Origin: Deltaproteobacteria bacterium
GTDB lineage: Bacteria; Desulfobacterota; Desulfobacteria; Desulfobacterales; C00003060
Length of the DNA stretch: 64,000 nt
Assembly (NCBI GenBank): GCA_003647275.1
Contig: QMMN01000008.1
Location: forward strand, 1,675-65,674
Direction: 5' to 3'
The notes under the pieces were generated by a model, which saw nothing but the letters and a program-made list of their open reading frames with translations, did no database searches and had not been told where the DNA came from. The position numbers were made by a program, and so were the translations under genes. How positions within the stretch are numbered: position 1 is the first letter of the stretch; each line of letters starts with the position of its first letter. Of the stretch, positions 30,615 through 40,149 are shown piece after piece.

Positions 30615-31591
30615 CTCAGAACAAAAAAAGGATCCTCATTGTTGATGGGGACCCATCCAATGCACAAGAGATAGAACGACTATTAAAAGCGGGCGGGGAC
30701 CAGTTTATCGTTTACACTGCAGCGTCGTCCCTCCATGCCATTGACACCATATACAGTGAGCCTCCAGACCTTGTCATGATCAATCCTTCCTTGGAGGCAA
30801 ACGGAGGCAATGATCTGTGCTCCAGAATCAAATCTGATACAGTTTTTGGTCATTTGCCGATCATATTTTTGCTGGACGCTGCCGGCCTTGACGCGGACAT
30901 CAACTGGGAAAAGACACCGGTGGATGACTATCTTCGAAAACCACTTGACCCCAAAGAGGTGCAAAACAGGATTTCTTTGGCCTTTGCGCGAGCTACGAGG
31001 GTAGGAGATGCCAACCCGCTTACGCGTCTTCCCGGCAATCATTCGATTATGAAGAAGATACAGGGGCGCATTGACAGAGGGCTCCCATTTGCGGTTGCTT
31101 ATGTTGACCTTGACCACTTTAAGTCTTACAACGACAAGTACGGGTTCTTGCGAGGGGATGAGATTCTAAAGATGACCGCCCGTCTTCTCACGAACGCCAT
31201 ACGTAAGCTCGATTCCCCGGAGGCCTTTGTGGGCCACGTTGGGGGAGATGACTTTGTGTTTATTGTCTCTCCCGATCAATTAGATGGGGTCTGTACGGAG
31301 GTCATCAAAAATTTTGATCTCATCAAAGGAAACTTTTACGACGAAGAAGACAGAATACGCGGCTACATTGACGCTACAAATCGCAAAGGAGAAAAGGAGC
31401 GTTTTCCTATTATCTCACTCTCAATAGCGGTTGTTACGAACGAATATAGACCGATAAAGCATATTGGTGAGGTTAGTGCCATCGCCGCTGAGCTTAAAAA
31501 GCGCGTTAAGTCTATGGGGGGGAGCAAATATCTGAAAGACCTGCGAGGCTCCAAGGATCGATCTTGCCGAGATCAGAAACTGAACAATTGA
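30611..31591 (+). CDS. receiver-like domain / GGDEF-family nucleotide cyclase domain protein with GGDDF motif
   Basis: N-terminal CheY-like fold (KRILIVDGD...DDYLRKP) with Asn (30782-30784) at the aligned phospho-acceptor position. The C-terminal GGDEF-type domain has YVDLDHFKSYNDKYGFLRGD and HVGGDDFVFIV (31241-31255). Confidence 0.8.
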   Translation: MTQNKKRILIVDGDPSNAQEIERLLKAGGDQFIVYTAASSLHAIDTIYSEPPDLVMINPSLEANGGNDLCSRIKSDTVFGHLPIIFLLDAAGLDADINWEKTPVDDYLRKPLDPKEVQNRISLAFARATRVGDANPLTRLPGNHSIMKKIQGRIDRGLPFAVAYVDLDHFKSYNDKYGFLRGDEILKMTARLLTNAIRKLDSPEAFVGHVGGDDFVFIVSPDQLDGVCTEVIKNFDLIKGNFYDEEDRIRGYIDATNRKGEKERFPIISLSIAVVTNEYRPIKHIGEVSAIAAELKKRVKSMGGSKYLKDLRGSKDRSCRDQKLNN

Positions 31592-31643
31592 AGCCTTGAG
31601 TTGGGACCCATAAACTTCGAGCAAGCGCCTTGGCAGGGGAAAT

Positions 31644-33422
31644 CTATGGAGTGTGATTGGCTCTGGGCTTCCCCTGTTCATCCCAGCCTCTGAGGCGATA
31701 GTAATCATCCACCATCTTTTTAAGCTCAGCTTCGCTGATGCGATGACCACCTTTCAGGGCCTCTTTATGAAGTCGGCTGGGGAGGCGGTCATCCTCGGGG
31801 GTCAGCCCTTCCTGGATATTGAATTTCCGCACCATGTTTGAGATATTGGCACTAATAGCCTTAAGCCTTTTCTTGTCGGCCTCAATGCCCGTGACGCTCT
31901 GCACGATTTCACACAGGGCCTCCCATGGATAAAGGTCTCGATAAAAGCGGCACAGGATCAAGGCATCAAAAAGGGTCAGGCGGTCCTCAAAGTCCACAAA
32001 CATGGCTGCTTTGCCTTCAACGGCATCCGGGTCGATCATGCCAGAGAGTTCCGGCTTGTAAAAGGTGGCCCTCAGGTGGCAGGCACCTCGATCAGAGGTC
32101 GCATACCCGAGCCCTACGCCCTTGAGGACCCTGGGGTCGTAACCAGGAGGCTCCAGACCTTTGACATGCACCGCCACATCTTCAAGGCCCCATTCCTCAG
32201 AAGCTGCCCTGATTCCCCGGGCCAAAAGATCCCCTATCCCCTCCCGAAAGGCGATCTTTTTCAACAACCCGGCAATGGCGTCCACCTGTCCATAGTCGAT
32301 CGCATAATCAATCTTTCCTCGGCGAGCCGCTTCAATGGTCAGTCCGCAGAGGTTTCCAGCACTGATGGTGTCCATCCCGAGCCGGTCACAGATATCATTG
32401 AGATAGATGATTTCCTCGATGCTATCGATCGCACAAAGACCTCCAAAGGCATAGATGGTTTCATATTCGGGCCCCTCAAGCCGAAGGCCAGCATGACGCC
32501 CGAGCCTGATCTTCGTCATACGACCGCAGGCCATGAAACACTTCAAACAGGCCCGGGGTCGTACTTCACAGCGCTCATGAAGGGCATCGGCGCTGATCTG
32601 TTGCCACTTTTCATAGGTCCCTTCCGACCAGTAGCGCGTGGGAAAACCGCCTGCTTCATTCATTACCTTGACCATCATGGGTGTGCCCTTACTTTTATAG
32701 GCGGTGACGAGGGTGTGCTCTTTAGCCTCTGCAGCCAAGTGCTTAGCGAACATTTCTACAGCATTCCTATCGGCCAGCCTCCGCCTGCAATCCCCTTGGA
32801 ACACGATGGCCTTGAGCCTTTTGCTTCCCATGATACTCCCTGCACCGGTCCGGCCAGCCGACCGCCAATGGTCGTTTTCTATGACCGAAAAACATACCTG
32901 ATGCTCCCCTGCTGGCCCTATGACCACAGCGCCGGCTCGAAATCCCCGCTCGTTCTTTTTGGCAAACCTCTTGATCGCTTCATCTTCGCTCTCATAGGTA
33001 TCCATCCCCCATAGGTCGTCTGCTTCATGGAAAGCAACGCCCTGTGGGTCAATCACTAATACCGTGGGTGTCTTGCTCTTTCCCTTGATGACAACCGCAT
33101 CATAGCCGGCAGCATCCATGGCCTCAGGGGTGCGCCCCCCTGCATATGATTCAGAATAAAAGCCGGTTTGGGGAGACTTGGTGAAAACGCCGTACCTGGA
33201 TGAACCCCAAACCAGGCTTCCGCAAACAGGCCCGGTGGCAAAGATCAGGTGATTCTCCTGACTCAAGGGGTCTACCTGAGGTGGGTTCAAACTAAGGAGG
33301 AGATGGGATGCAAGCCCCTTTCCGCCAATCGCCCTTAACAGAACGCCTTCTTCAGGGGCTTCAACACAAAAGCGCCTTTGCGCCAGATCTACCAACAAAA
33401 CACGCCCGTAAAACCCATCCAT
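31644..33422 (-). CDS. aldehyde:ferredoxin oxidoreductase family (tungstopterin) enzyme
   Basis: 592 aa. MDGFYGRVLLVDLAQRRF...IGGKGLASHLLL is an AOR N-terminal domain. C-terminal AOR domains contain CxxC-type cluster ligands. Confidence 0.88.
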   Translation of the reverse strand: MDGFYGRVLLVDLAQRRFCVEAPEEGVLLRAIGGKGLASHLLLSLNPPQVDPLSQENHLIFATGPVCGSLVWGSSRYGVFTKSPQTGFYSESYAGGRTPEAMDAAGYDAVVIKGKSKTPTVLVIDPQGVAFHEADDLWGMDTYESEDEAIKRFAKKNERGFRAGAVVIGPAGEHQVCFSVIENDHWRSAGRTGAGSIMGSKRLKAIVFQGDCRRRLADRNAVEMFAKHLAAEAKEHTLVTAYKSKGTPMMVKVMNEAGGFPTRYWSEGTYEKWQQISADALHERCEVRPRACLKCFMACGRMTKIRLGRHAGLRLEGPEYETIYAFGGLCAIDSIEEIIYLNDICDRLGMDTISAGNLCGLTIEAARRGKIDYAIDYGQVDAIAGLLKKIAFREGIGDLLARGIRAASEEWGLEDVAVHVKGLEPPGYDPRVLKGVGLGYATSDRGACHLRATFYKPELSGMIDPDAVEGKAAMFVDFEDRLTLFDALILCRFYRDLYPWEALCEIVQSVTGIEADKKRLKAISANISNMVRKFNIQEGLTPEDDRLPSRLHKEALKGGHRISEAELKKMVDDYYRLRGWDEQGKPRANHTP

Positions 33423-33493
33423 CGGACATCATCAAATCATTACCCTGCTCACAAGGCAGGATTATTTACTGCACAATACAGATCAACGATCAT

Positions 33494-33561
33494 TCAAGTT
33501 TCAGCCCTGTTTTGGTGTTTGTTTTCTTCATACCAGGTGTACGGCTGTTTGTGCAACAGCC
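33494..33561 (+). repeat. R5 repeat of about 70 nt, copy 1 (ends in a GGCTGTT...AACAGCC hairpin)
   Basis: TTCAAGTTTCAGCCCTGTTTTGG...CATACCAGGTGTACGGCTGTTTGTGCAACAGCC. Confidence 0.75.
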
Positions 33562-33564
33562 TGA

Positions 33565-33864
33565 TCACAACGAACCCTTTAGCATGGTGCGAAGCTCTTC
33601 CTTCTCTTCTATCTGCACGCCACTATCTTCAATAACGCCTTTTTCCTCAAGGTAGAGTAACAAAAGTTTTATGGCGCGGCTGTGGTCACTAAACACGTAC
33701 CTGATGTTTTCAAAACCATATTGACTAACCTCTTCGTCTATAAAGCGGTCTATCCAGTATTCCAACGCCTCACCTTGTTTTTCAGGGTATTCCCCAAGCA
33801 CAATAGGCTTCTTGTAAGCGAAGCGAATCTGGGCTAATAGAACATCTTTATTTGGCTCTGCCAC
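33565..33864 (-). CDS. hypothetical protein (99 aa)
   Basis: GTG start preceded by AAAGGAG. Acidic. No family recognised. Confidence 0.45.
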   Translation of the reverse strand: MAEPNKDVLLAQIRFAYKKPIVLGEYPEKQGEALEYWIDRFIDEEVSQYGFENIRYVFSDHSRAIKLLLLYLEEKGVIEDSGVQIEEKEELRTMLKGSL

Positions 33865-34051
33865 AATCTTTACGCTCCTTTCAACGCTTGCCTTTGTCCA
33901 AGGCCTTGTGAATTTTGCTAACCAGGTCCTTGAAATCTACCCAACTCTCACAGTCTTGGCTAAGGATACAAGACATTAAATTGATCATACACCACTCACC
34001 ATCTTAGGTCAATTACTCGTTCTTTTGGCAAGGGAAAGAGAGATGTTTAAC

Positions 34052-34081
34052 TTGCCATAGGATATCTAACATTTGTATAAT
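34052..34081 (+). promoter_or_regulatory. sigma70-like promoter upstream of the TauE-like gene
   Basis: TTGCCA (34052-34057), 18 nt spacer, TATAAT (34076-34081). Confidence 0.4.
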
Positions 34082-34178
34082 GGTATTTTATTCCAAAGCC
34101 GACCTCATGGCAAAGGTGTTGTAAACGGGGGATTGTGGTCGTCACAGAAATCAAGCCCTGAAAACGAAATGGAAGGCA

Positions 34179-34541
34179 ATGATGAACGTAAGTATGTTGA
34201 TGATGGTTGTTTATGGGGTTCTCGTGGGTATTGGTGCATCTTTTTCTGGGTTGGGGGGTGGCTTTCTGATGGTCCCCCTCTTGCTTTTTCTCGGATTCTC
34301 GGCACAGAAATCCGTAGGCACCTCCTTTCTTGCCATTGTGGTTATTTCCCTCTCCGCCCTTTTGGCTCATAATAAATTGGCTCATGTAGACTATAAGGCC
34401 GGGATTTTGCTGGGTGTTGGTGGTATCATCGGTGCGCAGATCGGGGCACGTCTTATAGAGCATGTCACGACCGCGAATTTCAAGAAAATTTTCGCTGTGA
34501 TCCTTCTCGGGCTGGCCGTGTATATATTCTTTAAAAAGTAA
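34179..34541 (+). CDS. half-size TauE/SafE (DUF81) family anion exporter subunit
   Basis: 120 aa with 4 predicted TM helices. GIGASFSGLGGGFLMVPLLL is typical of TauE/SafE. Confidence 0.7.
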   Translation: MMNVSMLMMVVYGVLVGIGASFSGLGGGFLMVPLLLFLGFSAQKSVGTSFLAIVVISLSALLAHNKLAHVDYKAGILLGVGGIIGAQIGARLIEHVTTANFKKIFAVILLGLAVYIFFKK

Positions 34542-34743
34542 ACATAGATTAAGTATACGTCAGGCGGGTAGGGCCTCAACAAACATCCTTGAGGATTTCA
34601 CCAAAGGCTTCTTTTGGAAAAACGAGATGCTTATGCCTTGATTTAAGAATGACTTTTTGTTACCAGAACCTTTTAGATCATCAATATTGCCACACACCGA
34701 GCAGACAATGATTGTCGCCATTCCAGAAAAGAGGTGAATCGGG

Positions 34744-35397
34744 GTGTCAGAAAAACAATATCTCATCGATGCCATAACCGTGCATGACTCCTGGCGGCTA
34801 TTCAAGATTTTAGCCGAATTTGTTGATGGTTTCGAAGCACTCTCCGACATCTATCCGTGCGTTTCCATCTTTGGTTCTGCAAGAGTCCAACCAGGCGATG
34901 AAGCCTATGAAAAGGCCGTCGTGATTGCCAGAAAATTGGCTGAAAATGGCTTCAATGTCATGACCGGCGGTGGTCCTGGCATCATGGAAGCTGCCAACAA
35001 AGGGGCCAAGGAAGGAGGCGCCAAATCTATTGGGGCAAATATACTTTTACCCTTGGAGCAGGAAGGGAATCCCTATGCAGATATCAGGCTTGAATTTAAG
35101 TATTTTTTTGTAAGAAAGGTCATGCTGATAAAATATGCTCAAGCGTATGTAGGCATGCCAGGCGGTTTTGGGACGCTGGACGAAATCTTTGAAGCCATTA
35201 CCCTGATTCAAACCAAACGCATCAAGCCTTTTCCGGTAATTCTTGTGGGATCGGATTATTGGAATAGTCTATGGGACTGGGTCCGCAGCACCCTTTTGGA
35301 GCGCAAACTGGTTTCTTTGGAAGATATGGACTTGGTCACCATACTCGATGACCCAGACGAAGTGGTAAGGAGGATCAGGCAAGTGGTGATCGTCTAG
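34744..35397 (+). CDS. LOG family (TIGR00730) nucleotide N-glycosidase-like protein
   Basis: GTG start. TGGGPGIMEAANKGA and PGGFGTLDE signature motifs. Confidence 0.88.
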   Translation: MSEKQYLIDAITVHDSWRLFKILAEFVDGFEALSDIYPCVSIFGSARVQPGDEAYEKAVVIARKLAENGFNVMTGGGPGIMEAANKGAKEGGAKSIGANILLPLEQEGNPYADIRLEFKYFFVRKVMLIKYAQAYVGMPGGFGTLDEIFEAITLIQTKRIKPFPVILVGSDYWNSLWDWVRSTLLERKLVSLEDMDLVTILDDPDEVVRRIRQVVIV

Positions 35398-35436
35398 CGA
35401 ACTTTCAGGGGCACAAACGCCCAGTGTGAGAAAGTT

Positions 35437-36828
35437 TTAATCTAATTCAAAAGACTCGTTGAACTCAGGAATAACCACATCCCAGCCCAACATTTTTTGA
35501 ATTTTCTCTGCCAGTGTAGCCGATGCCTCCGGCTCTCCATGCACAATAAACGTTTTTAAGGGAGGACGGTTGAATCCAACCAGCCAGGCCAGGATTTCAT
35601 TGTAATCTGCATGTGCAGAGAATCCGGATATGCTCTCAATCTTTGCGCATATCGGGATTTGCTGGCCGTGAATCTTCACGGAGGGATTCCCCTCGAGAAT
35701 GGTTCTGCCTCGCGTGCCTTCCCCTTGGTATCCAATGAACAAAACGGTGTCGTTGGGATTGGGAAGCCGGTACGCCAGGTGATGAAGAATGCGCCCTCCT
35801 GTCACCATGCCGCTGGCAGAAATGATAATGGCACGACTCTTTTCTTCATTGATTGCCTGTGATTGATCCCTGGTTTTACAAAATCGGATTTGTTTTGGCT
35901 GTAAAATGCGTTTTCCGTTCAGTTCTAAAATCCTTGCCCTTAAATCATAATCTGCCTTGCTTCTCTCGAACACCGCTGTAACGTCAATCGCCATAGGGGA
36001 ATCTACATAGACTGGCAGGGATGGAATCTTTTCCTGCTCTTCCAATTCCCTTATACTAAACAGCAGTTCCTGGGTGCGCCCAACAGCAAAGGCAGGGATG
36101 ACCAGGACGCCTCCTCGCGCCACACTTTCGTTAATCACTCGAGCCAGCTCTTCTTCGGCGGAACTGTTGTCATGAAGACGATTTCCATAAGTTGACTCAA
36201 GGATTAGATAATCGACCTCGAATACCTGAATAGGATCACGCAAAATCGGCCTGCCCGGCCTTCCCACATCTCCGCTAAATACAATTTTTCTGGTTTTATT
36301 ACCCCACATGGTCTTTACGTCTACAAAGGAGGAACCCAAGATATGGCCTGCATCCTTAAACTTTACCCTTAGTTTGTCAGTAACGAACAGGTCTTCACCA
36401 TAATAAACCGGTTCAAAATAGGACAGGGCCTTTTCGGCATCTTTGACCGTATACAAGGGAAGCGCTGGACGATGCTTGGAAAACCCTTTTTTATTCGCCC
36501 AGCAAGCATCTTCCTCTTGAAGATGACCGCTGTCTCGCAACATGATTTCACACAGATCGCGAGTTGCATATGTGCAATGAATTTTCCCAACAAAGCCGTG
36601 CTTGCAAAATCGAGGCAGGTAGCCTGTGTGGTCAATATGTGCGTGGGTCAGGAAGACCCGATCAATCTCTGCAGGTGATATTGGAAAGGGGTCCCAATTT
36701 TTGAGACGATTCTGTTTGAGCCCCTGAAACAATCCACAATCGATGAGCAATTTTTTCCCCTGGGTTTCCAGGACAAAGCGCGAACCTGTCACGGTGCCGG
36801 TGGCACCTAAAAAAATCAACTTTGGCAC
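35437..36828 (-). CDS. MBL-fold beta-CASP family RNA-metabolising hydrolase
   Basis: HAHIDHTGYLP (HxHxDH). 463 aa with a beta-CASP-like middle region and a C-terminal HGE motif. Confidence 0.82.
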   Translation of the reverse strand: MPKLIFLGATGTVTGSRFVLETQGKKLLIDCGLFQGLKQNRLKNWDPFPISPAEIDRVFLTHAHIDHTGYLPRFCKHGFVGKIHCTYATRDLCEIMLRDSGHLQEEDACWANKKGFSKHRPALPLYTVKDAEKALSYFEPVYYGEDLFVTDKLRVKFKDAGHILGSSFVDVKTMWGNKTRKIVFSGDVGRPGRPILRDPIQVFEVDYLILESTYGNRLHDNSSAEEELARVINESVARGGVLVIPAFAVGRTQELLFSIRELEEQEKIPSLPVYVDSPMAIDVTAVFERSKADYDLRARILELNGKRILQPKQIRFCKTRDQSQAINEEKSRAIIISASGMVTGGRILHHLAYRLPNPNDTVLFIGYQGEGTRGRTILEGNPSVKIHGQQIPICAKIESISGFSAHADYNEILAWLVGFNRPPLKTFIVHGEPEASATLAEKIQKMLGWDVVIPEFNESFELD

Positions 36829-36979
36829 GTTACCTCCTCAATGTGGGGGATTTGTCATACTTGGGGTGGGAACCTTATCAGGATTTTTGGAAAGATTCAA
36901 ATACCGAATGATCTATCTTTTTGACATCAAACAGAGGTTATAATATTAGGGTCAATTGACCAAGGGGTATAAGGAAACC

Positions 36980-37180
36980 ATGTCGATCCGCATGATCGCA
37001 AAAGAACTGTACCACCTTCAGCAGGAAGTGGAAAGGCTGGAAGGACAGATTAAATCTGCCCCACCTCACGAGCGGGAGGCCATGGCGGATCGCCTGCGAA
37101 GGCTCAAGGCCGAACGGGACCGCATGCGAAAGGCCCTTGACGGCGCGAAAGTGCCACCTCCTTTTCGTCAACCCCTATAA
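36980..37180 (+). CDS. small coiled-coil protein (66 aa)
   Basis: MSIRMIAKELYHLQQEVERLEGQIK...RLRRLKAERDRMRKAL. An alternative start lies at 36956. Confidence 0.45.
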   Translation: MSIRMIAKELYHLQQEVERLEGQIKSAPPHEREAMADRLRRLKAERDRMRKALDGAKVPPPFRQPL

Positions 37181-37191
37181 AAGGCGGATTC

Positions 37192-38886
37192 TTATTCAAT
37201 GCCTCCTAATTCTTTACATCTTGCAATATAATAAGCTGCTTCTTTTGAATGTTGAGATTTAAGCAAACATACAAGCGCTCTGTTATAGTCTCCTAAATTC
37301 ATATAGTTTATTCCCAAACATAAGTTTAATTCCTCGCTTTCCGGGAAAAGCTTAACTCCTTCAGCCAAAACCTTGACAGCCTCTTCAAACGCCTTCCTGT
37401 TTTGTTGAATAAGCCCTAGGCCCAAATAAGCACGTTGATTTGGATAATAAGCCAATGATTTCTTGAATAGTTTTTCGGCAATTTTGTCTTTGTCCTTAAT
37501 AACGTCAATGTTCGAATAGTCCCCATGGCTAAAGGTCATGCCAAGCCTTGAACAAAAATCAGAATGCATTTCGTAAAGTTCCTCTTTATCTATAAGGCGA
37601 ACCGACTCGACGAAATGATTCATATTTTCGTATAACTCGGTTCTAATTCTTTTCCCAAAGGCAAAAACCAATTCTTGCGATAAATTCGGATCTGTTTCAA
37701 AGTAGCAAATACCTTCTATTCTTTTTAGCCAAATGTCGTCCGTCTCATTAAATTTCCTCTGAAAGTCTAAATAAAGCTTGGTACCCGGATATATCTCAAG
37801 AATATATAATACACAAATCAGGGGTTTTATTTGATGTATCAACTCAATCGTATCTTGAATCGTTTCCCAGCTTTCCTCTGGAGAGCCGTATATAAAGTAA
37901 GCCCGCGCTAAAATTCCGTATTTGTAGGTGAGGGCAAAGGCATTCTCGATTTGATCGGTTCTAATGTTTTTATTCAACAGGTCTCTTATTTTTTCAGAAC
38001 CACTTTCGATGCCATAACTTATCTGAGTACAACCGGCTTTTCGCATCCAATATAAAATGTCCTCATCAATATAAGTTACACGCGAGATGGCAACCCAGGC
38101 GATTTTAAGACGCTTGGCAATAATTCTCTTACAAACGTCAATCACCCTGTTTTTGTTAATCGTAAAATTATCATCTGAAACATAGAAAAAAGTGATACCT
38201 TTTTTGTAAAGTAGTTCTAAATGCTTAACGAAGTTTTCTGGTGAATGAAATCTTATTTTATGTCCCCAAAATTTCGGACTTCCACAAAAAGTACATTTCC
38301 AGGGGCATCCCCGAGAAAATGAAACATGCTGATATTCAAAATACTTTGCCGGGATTGGCAATTCGTCAAGGTCTTGAATGACTTCAACATCTTTTGTTTT
38401 GACGACTTTTCCGTTTTTTCTAAAAGCGATTCCGTTAATATTCTCAATAGATTCATGGCTTCCCTTGTCAATCGACTTTACCAAGTTTAAAAAAGTATAT
38501 TCTCCCTCACCGATGACAACAAAATCTATTTGTGGAAAATGTTTCAAAAAATGTTCCCATAAAAAACTCGCAGCAACGCCACCAAAGATGATCTTTATAT
38601 CGGGATTGATTTGTTTGGCTATTTGAGCAATCTCCACGCCACCCCAACGATTTGCATTTAAAATAGAAAAACCAATGATGTCAGGCTTCTTTTCAAGTAA
38701 AACCTCAGCGATTTTTTGAGGCGTTTTATGGATATTGTACCAATTCAATACTTCGACATCATAATGATTTTCTTTTAAAACAGCACCAATATAATAGACT
38801 CCTATGGGTACTGGTTTTATGTCTTCTTCTTGAGATCGGTCATAAAGCGGATAGGGATAAATCAGTAATATTTTCATTCTTGTCAT
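37192..38886 (-). CDS. B12-binding-domain radical SAM protein with C-terminal TPR repeats
   Basis: N-terminal Rossmann-like B12-binding region (KILLIYPY...GFSILNANRWGG). Canonical CPWKCTFC (CxxxCxxC). TPR-like C-terminus (AYLGLGLIQQNRKAFEEA...LGINYMNLGDYNRA). Confidence 0.85.
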   Translation of the reverse strand: MTRMKILLIYPYPLYDRSQEEDIKPVPIGVYYIGAVLKENHYDVEVLNWYNIHKTPQKIAEVLLEKKPDIIGFSILNANRWGGVEIAQIAKQINPDIKIIFGGVAASFLWEHFLKHFPQIDFVVIGEGEYTFLNLVKSIDKGSHESIENINGIAFRKNGKVVKTKDVEVIQDLDELPIPAKYFEYQHVSFSRGCPWKCTFCGSPKFWGHKIRFHSPENFVKHLELLYKKGITFFYVSDDNFTINKNRVIDVCKRIIAKRLKIAWVAISRVTYIDEDILYWMRKAGCTQISYGIESGSEKIRDLLNKNIRTDQIENAFALTYKYGILARAYFIYGSPEESWETIQDTIELIHQIKPLICVLYILEIYPGTKLYLDFQRKFNETDDIWLKRIEGICYFETDPNLSQELVFAFGKRIRTELYENMNHFVESVRLIDKEELYEMHSDFCSRLGMTFSHGDYSNIDVIKDKDKIAEKLFKKSLAYYPNQRAYLGLGLIQQNRKAFEEAVKVLAEGVKLFPESEELNLCLGINYMNLGDYNRALVCLLKSQHSKEAAYYIARCKELGGIE

Positions 38887-39296
38887 TCAGCGGTTGGTTG
38901 GTTATAGCCGTTCCAGTGATTTTTGCACGTAACTTTTATCCTGCTACGCATCTCCCAGTGTACTCACAAAAAAGGTGTGTGGTCGTCCCTGGAACATCCA
39001 TGCCTGCCTTGCGTGGCACGAATTTCCTATAGCACCAAACAAATAGAAAATCAAAATATGGATGTCTCCAGGCGTTTGCCAACATTTTCCTGGCTATGGG
39101 AACGGTCGATAAAGGGTATGGTCATTGCCCGAACTTAGCTCTAAAGTTTTGGGGGAGATTTGCCGATTCATAATAGGAGGCGTGGGCATCATTGCCGATT
39201 GACGGGATAGCGTGCCGCCCCTTCCTTTCCCATGATGGATTCCAACGCTATGGTGAGAGTCCCAATGTCTGTTTGAGACTTATCTTCACAGGAGCA

Positions 39297-40064
39297 ATGA
39301 CCAACAGTCGTTCCATACAGGCATTAAGTAATCCGATGCTTCATTACAGGCTCGATCTGGGTGAACCCGGGGTTGCTACCCCCTCTCGAGCCAGCCAGAG
39401 CATTATGAGGGTTACAGCCCATGAACTTCAAAACATACAAAGATTTAAGGCAGAGGCTGCCCGCGAAGGCGGCATCGTTGTATATCATGGCGTTAAATTA
39501 AATTTGAGCTACGAGGGCGCCTATTTGGCCGCCATAGGTGGACTCTCGCAGGCCAGGGTTGTATATCCTAACGGAAAACAAGATGTTTTTAACCAGGCGC
39601 CAGGCGGTTCCGAAGAAGACCCCCCGATTTCAAAAGAGGCTGAACCTTTAAAGGAGGCCTTGGAGACCCCAGAAAACGTTACGAATGACCTGCTTTCAAG
39701 CTTGGCTACACAGTCAACCATTACACAGTTACAAGTAGAAAAAGCACAACTACAACAGAAAATAAGAGAAGCACAAGCGAATACCACGTCGTCAATAGCC
39801 GGGCCGTACGAGCCTTCATCATTGACTTCAGGAGAAAGTGGCTTGTCAGGCAAAAATGGCACAAGTTCGCCTGTTCAAACCTCTCCAAGAGACGCAATCC
39901 GGGAATATCAACTTCAGCAAAAGATATGGAAATTAAACCAGGAAATTGCCCGTCTGTCTCTTGAATCCAATCCCGGAAAAGGCGAGGAGCCCCCGGATGC
40001 CCCTTCAAGGCTTTCTTCCATGGACCCTTCCCTTGCATCTTCTCTCTTGGATGTATTAGCTTAA
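39297..40064 (+). CDS. hypothetical protein with low-complexity Ser/Pro/Gln-rich, coiled-coil C-terminal half
   Basis: ATG at 39297 right after AGGAG (short spacing). The ORF-track TTG start at 39192 is doubtful. No family confidently recognised. Confidence 0.5.
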   Translation: MTNSRSIQALSNPMLHYRLDLGEPGVATPSRASQSIMRVTAHELQNIQRFKAEAAREGGIVVYHGVKLNLSYEGAYLAAIGGLSQARVVYPNGKQDVFNQAPGGSEEDPPISKEAEPLKEALETPENVTNDLLSSLATQSTITQLQVEKAQLQQKIREAQANTTSSIAGPYEPSSLTSGESGLSGKNGTSSPVQTSPRDAIREYQLQQKIWKLNQEIARLSLESNPGKGEEPPDAPSRLSSMDPSLASSLLDVLA

Positions 40065-40074
40065 CCCCGATTGG

Positions 40075-40149
40075 GTGAAGCTCCCCGCTTTAAAAGGCGG
40101 GGGTTTTGCCTTCCGGCAGCGCTTCGCGTGCAGGGCACGGGCCGGTCAA
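40075..40149 (-). repeat. R1 structured intergenic repeat, copy B
   Basis: The reverse complement reads TTGACCGGCCCGTGCCCTGCACGCGAAGCGCTGCCGGAAGGCAAAACCCCCGCCTTTTAAAGCGGGGAGCTTCAC. Confidence 0.85.

Noticed and set aside
32076-33014. 312-aa ORF antisense to the aldehyde:ferredoxin oxidoreductase gene
   Set aside because: It is a shadow ORF within a well-supported CDS. It is Pro/Gly/Arg-rich and has no recognisable domain.
33881-33976. 31-aa ORF (MSCILSQDCESWVDFKDLVSKIHKALDKGKR) whose stop overlaps the RBS of the 99-aa gene
   Set aside because: It is too short and unsupported by any motif. The arrangement hints at translational coupling but cannot be verified here.
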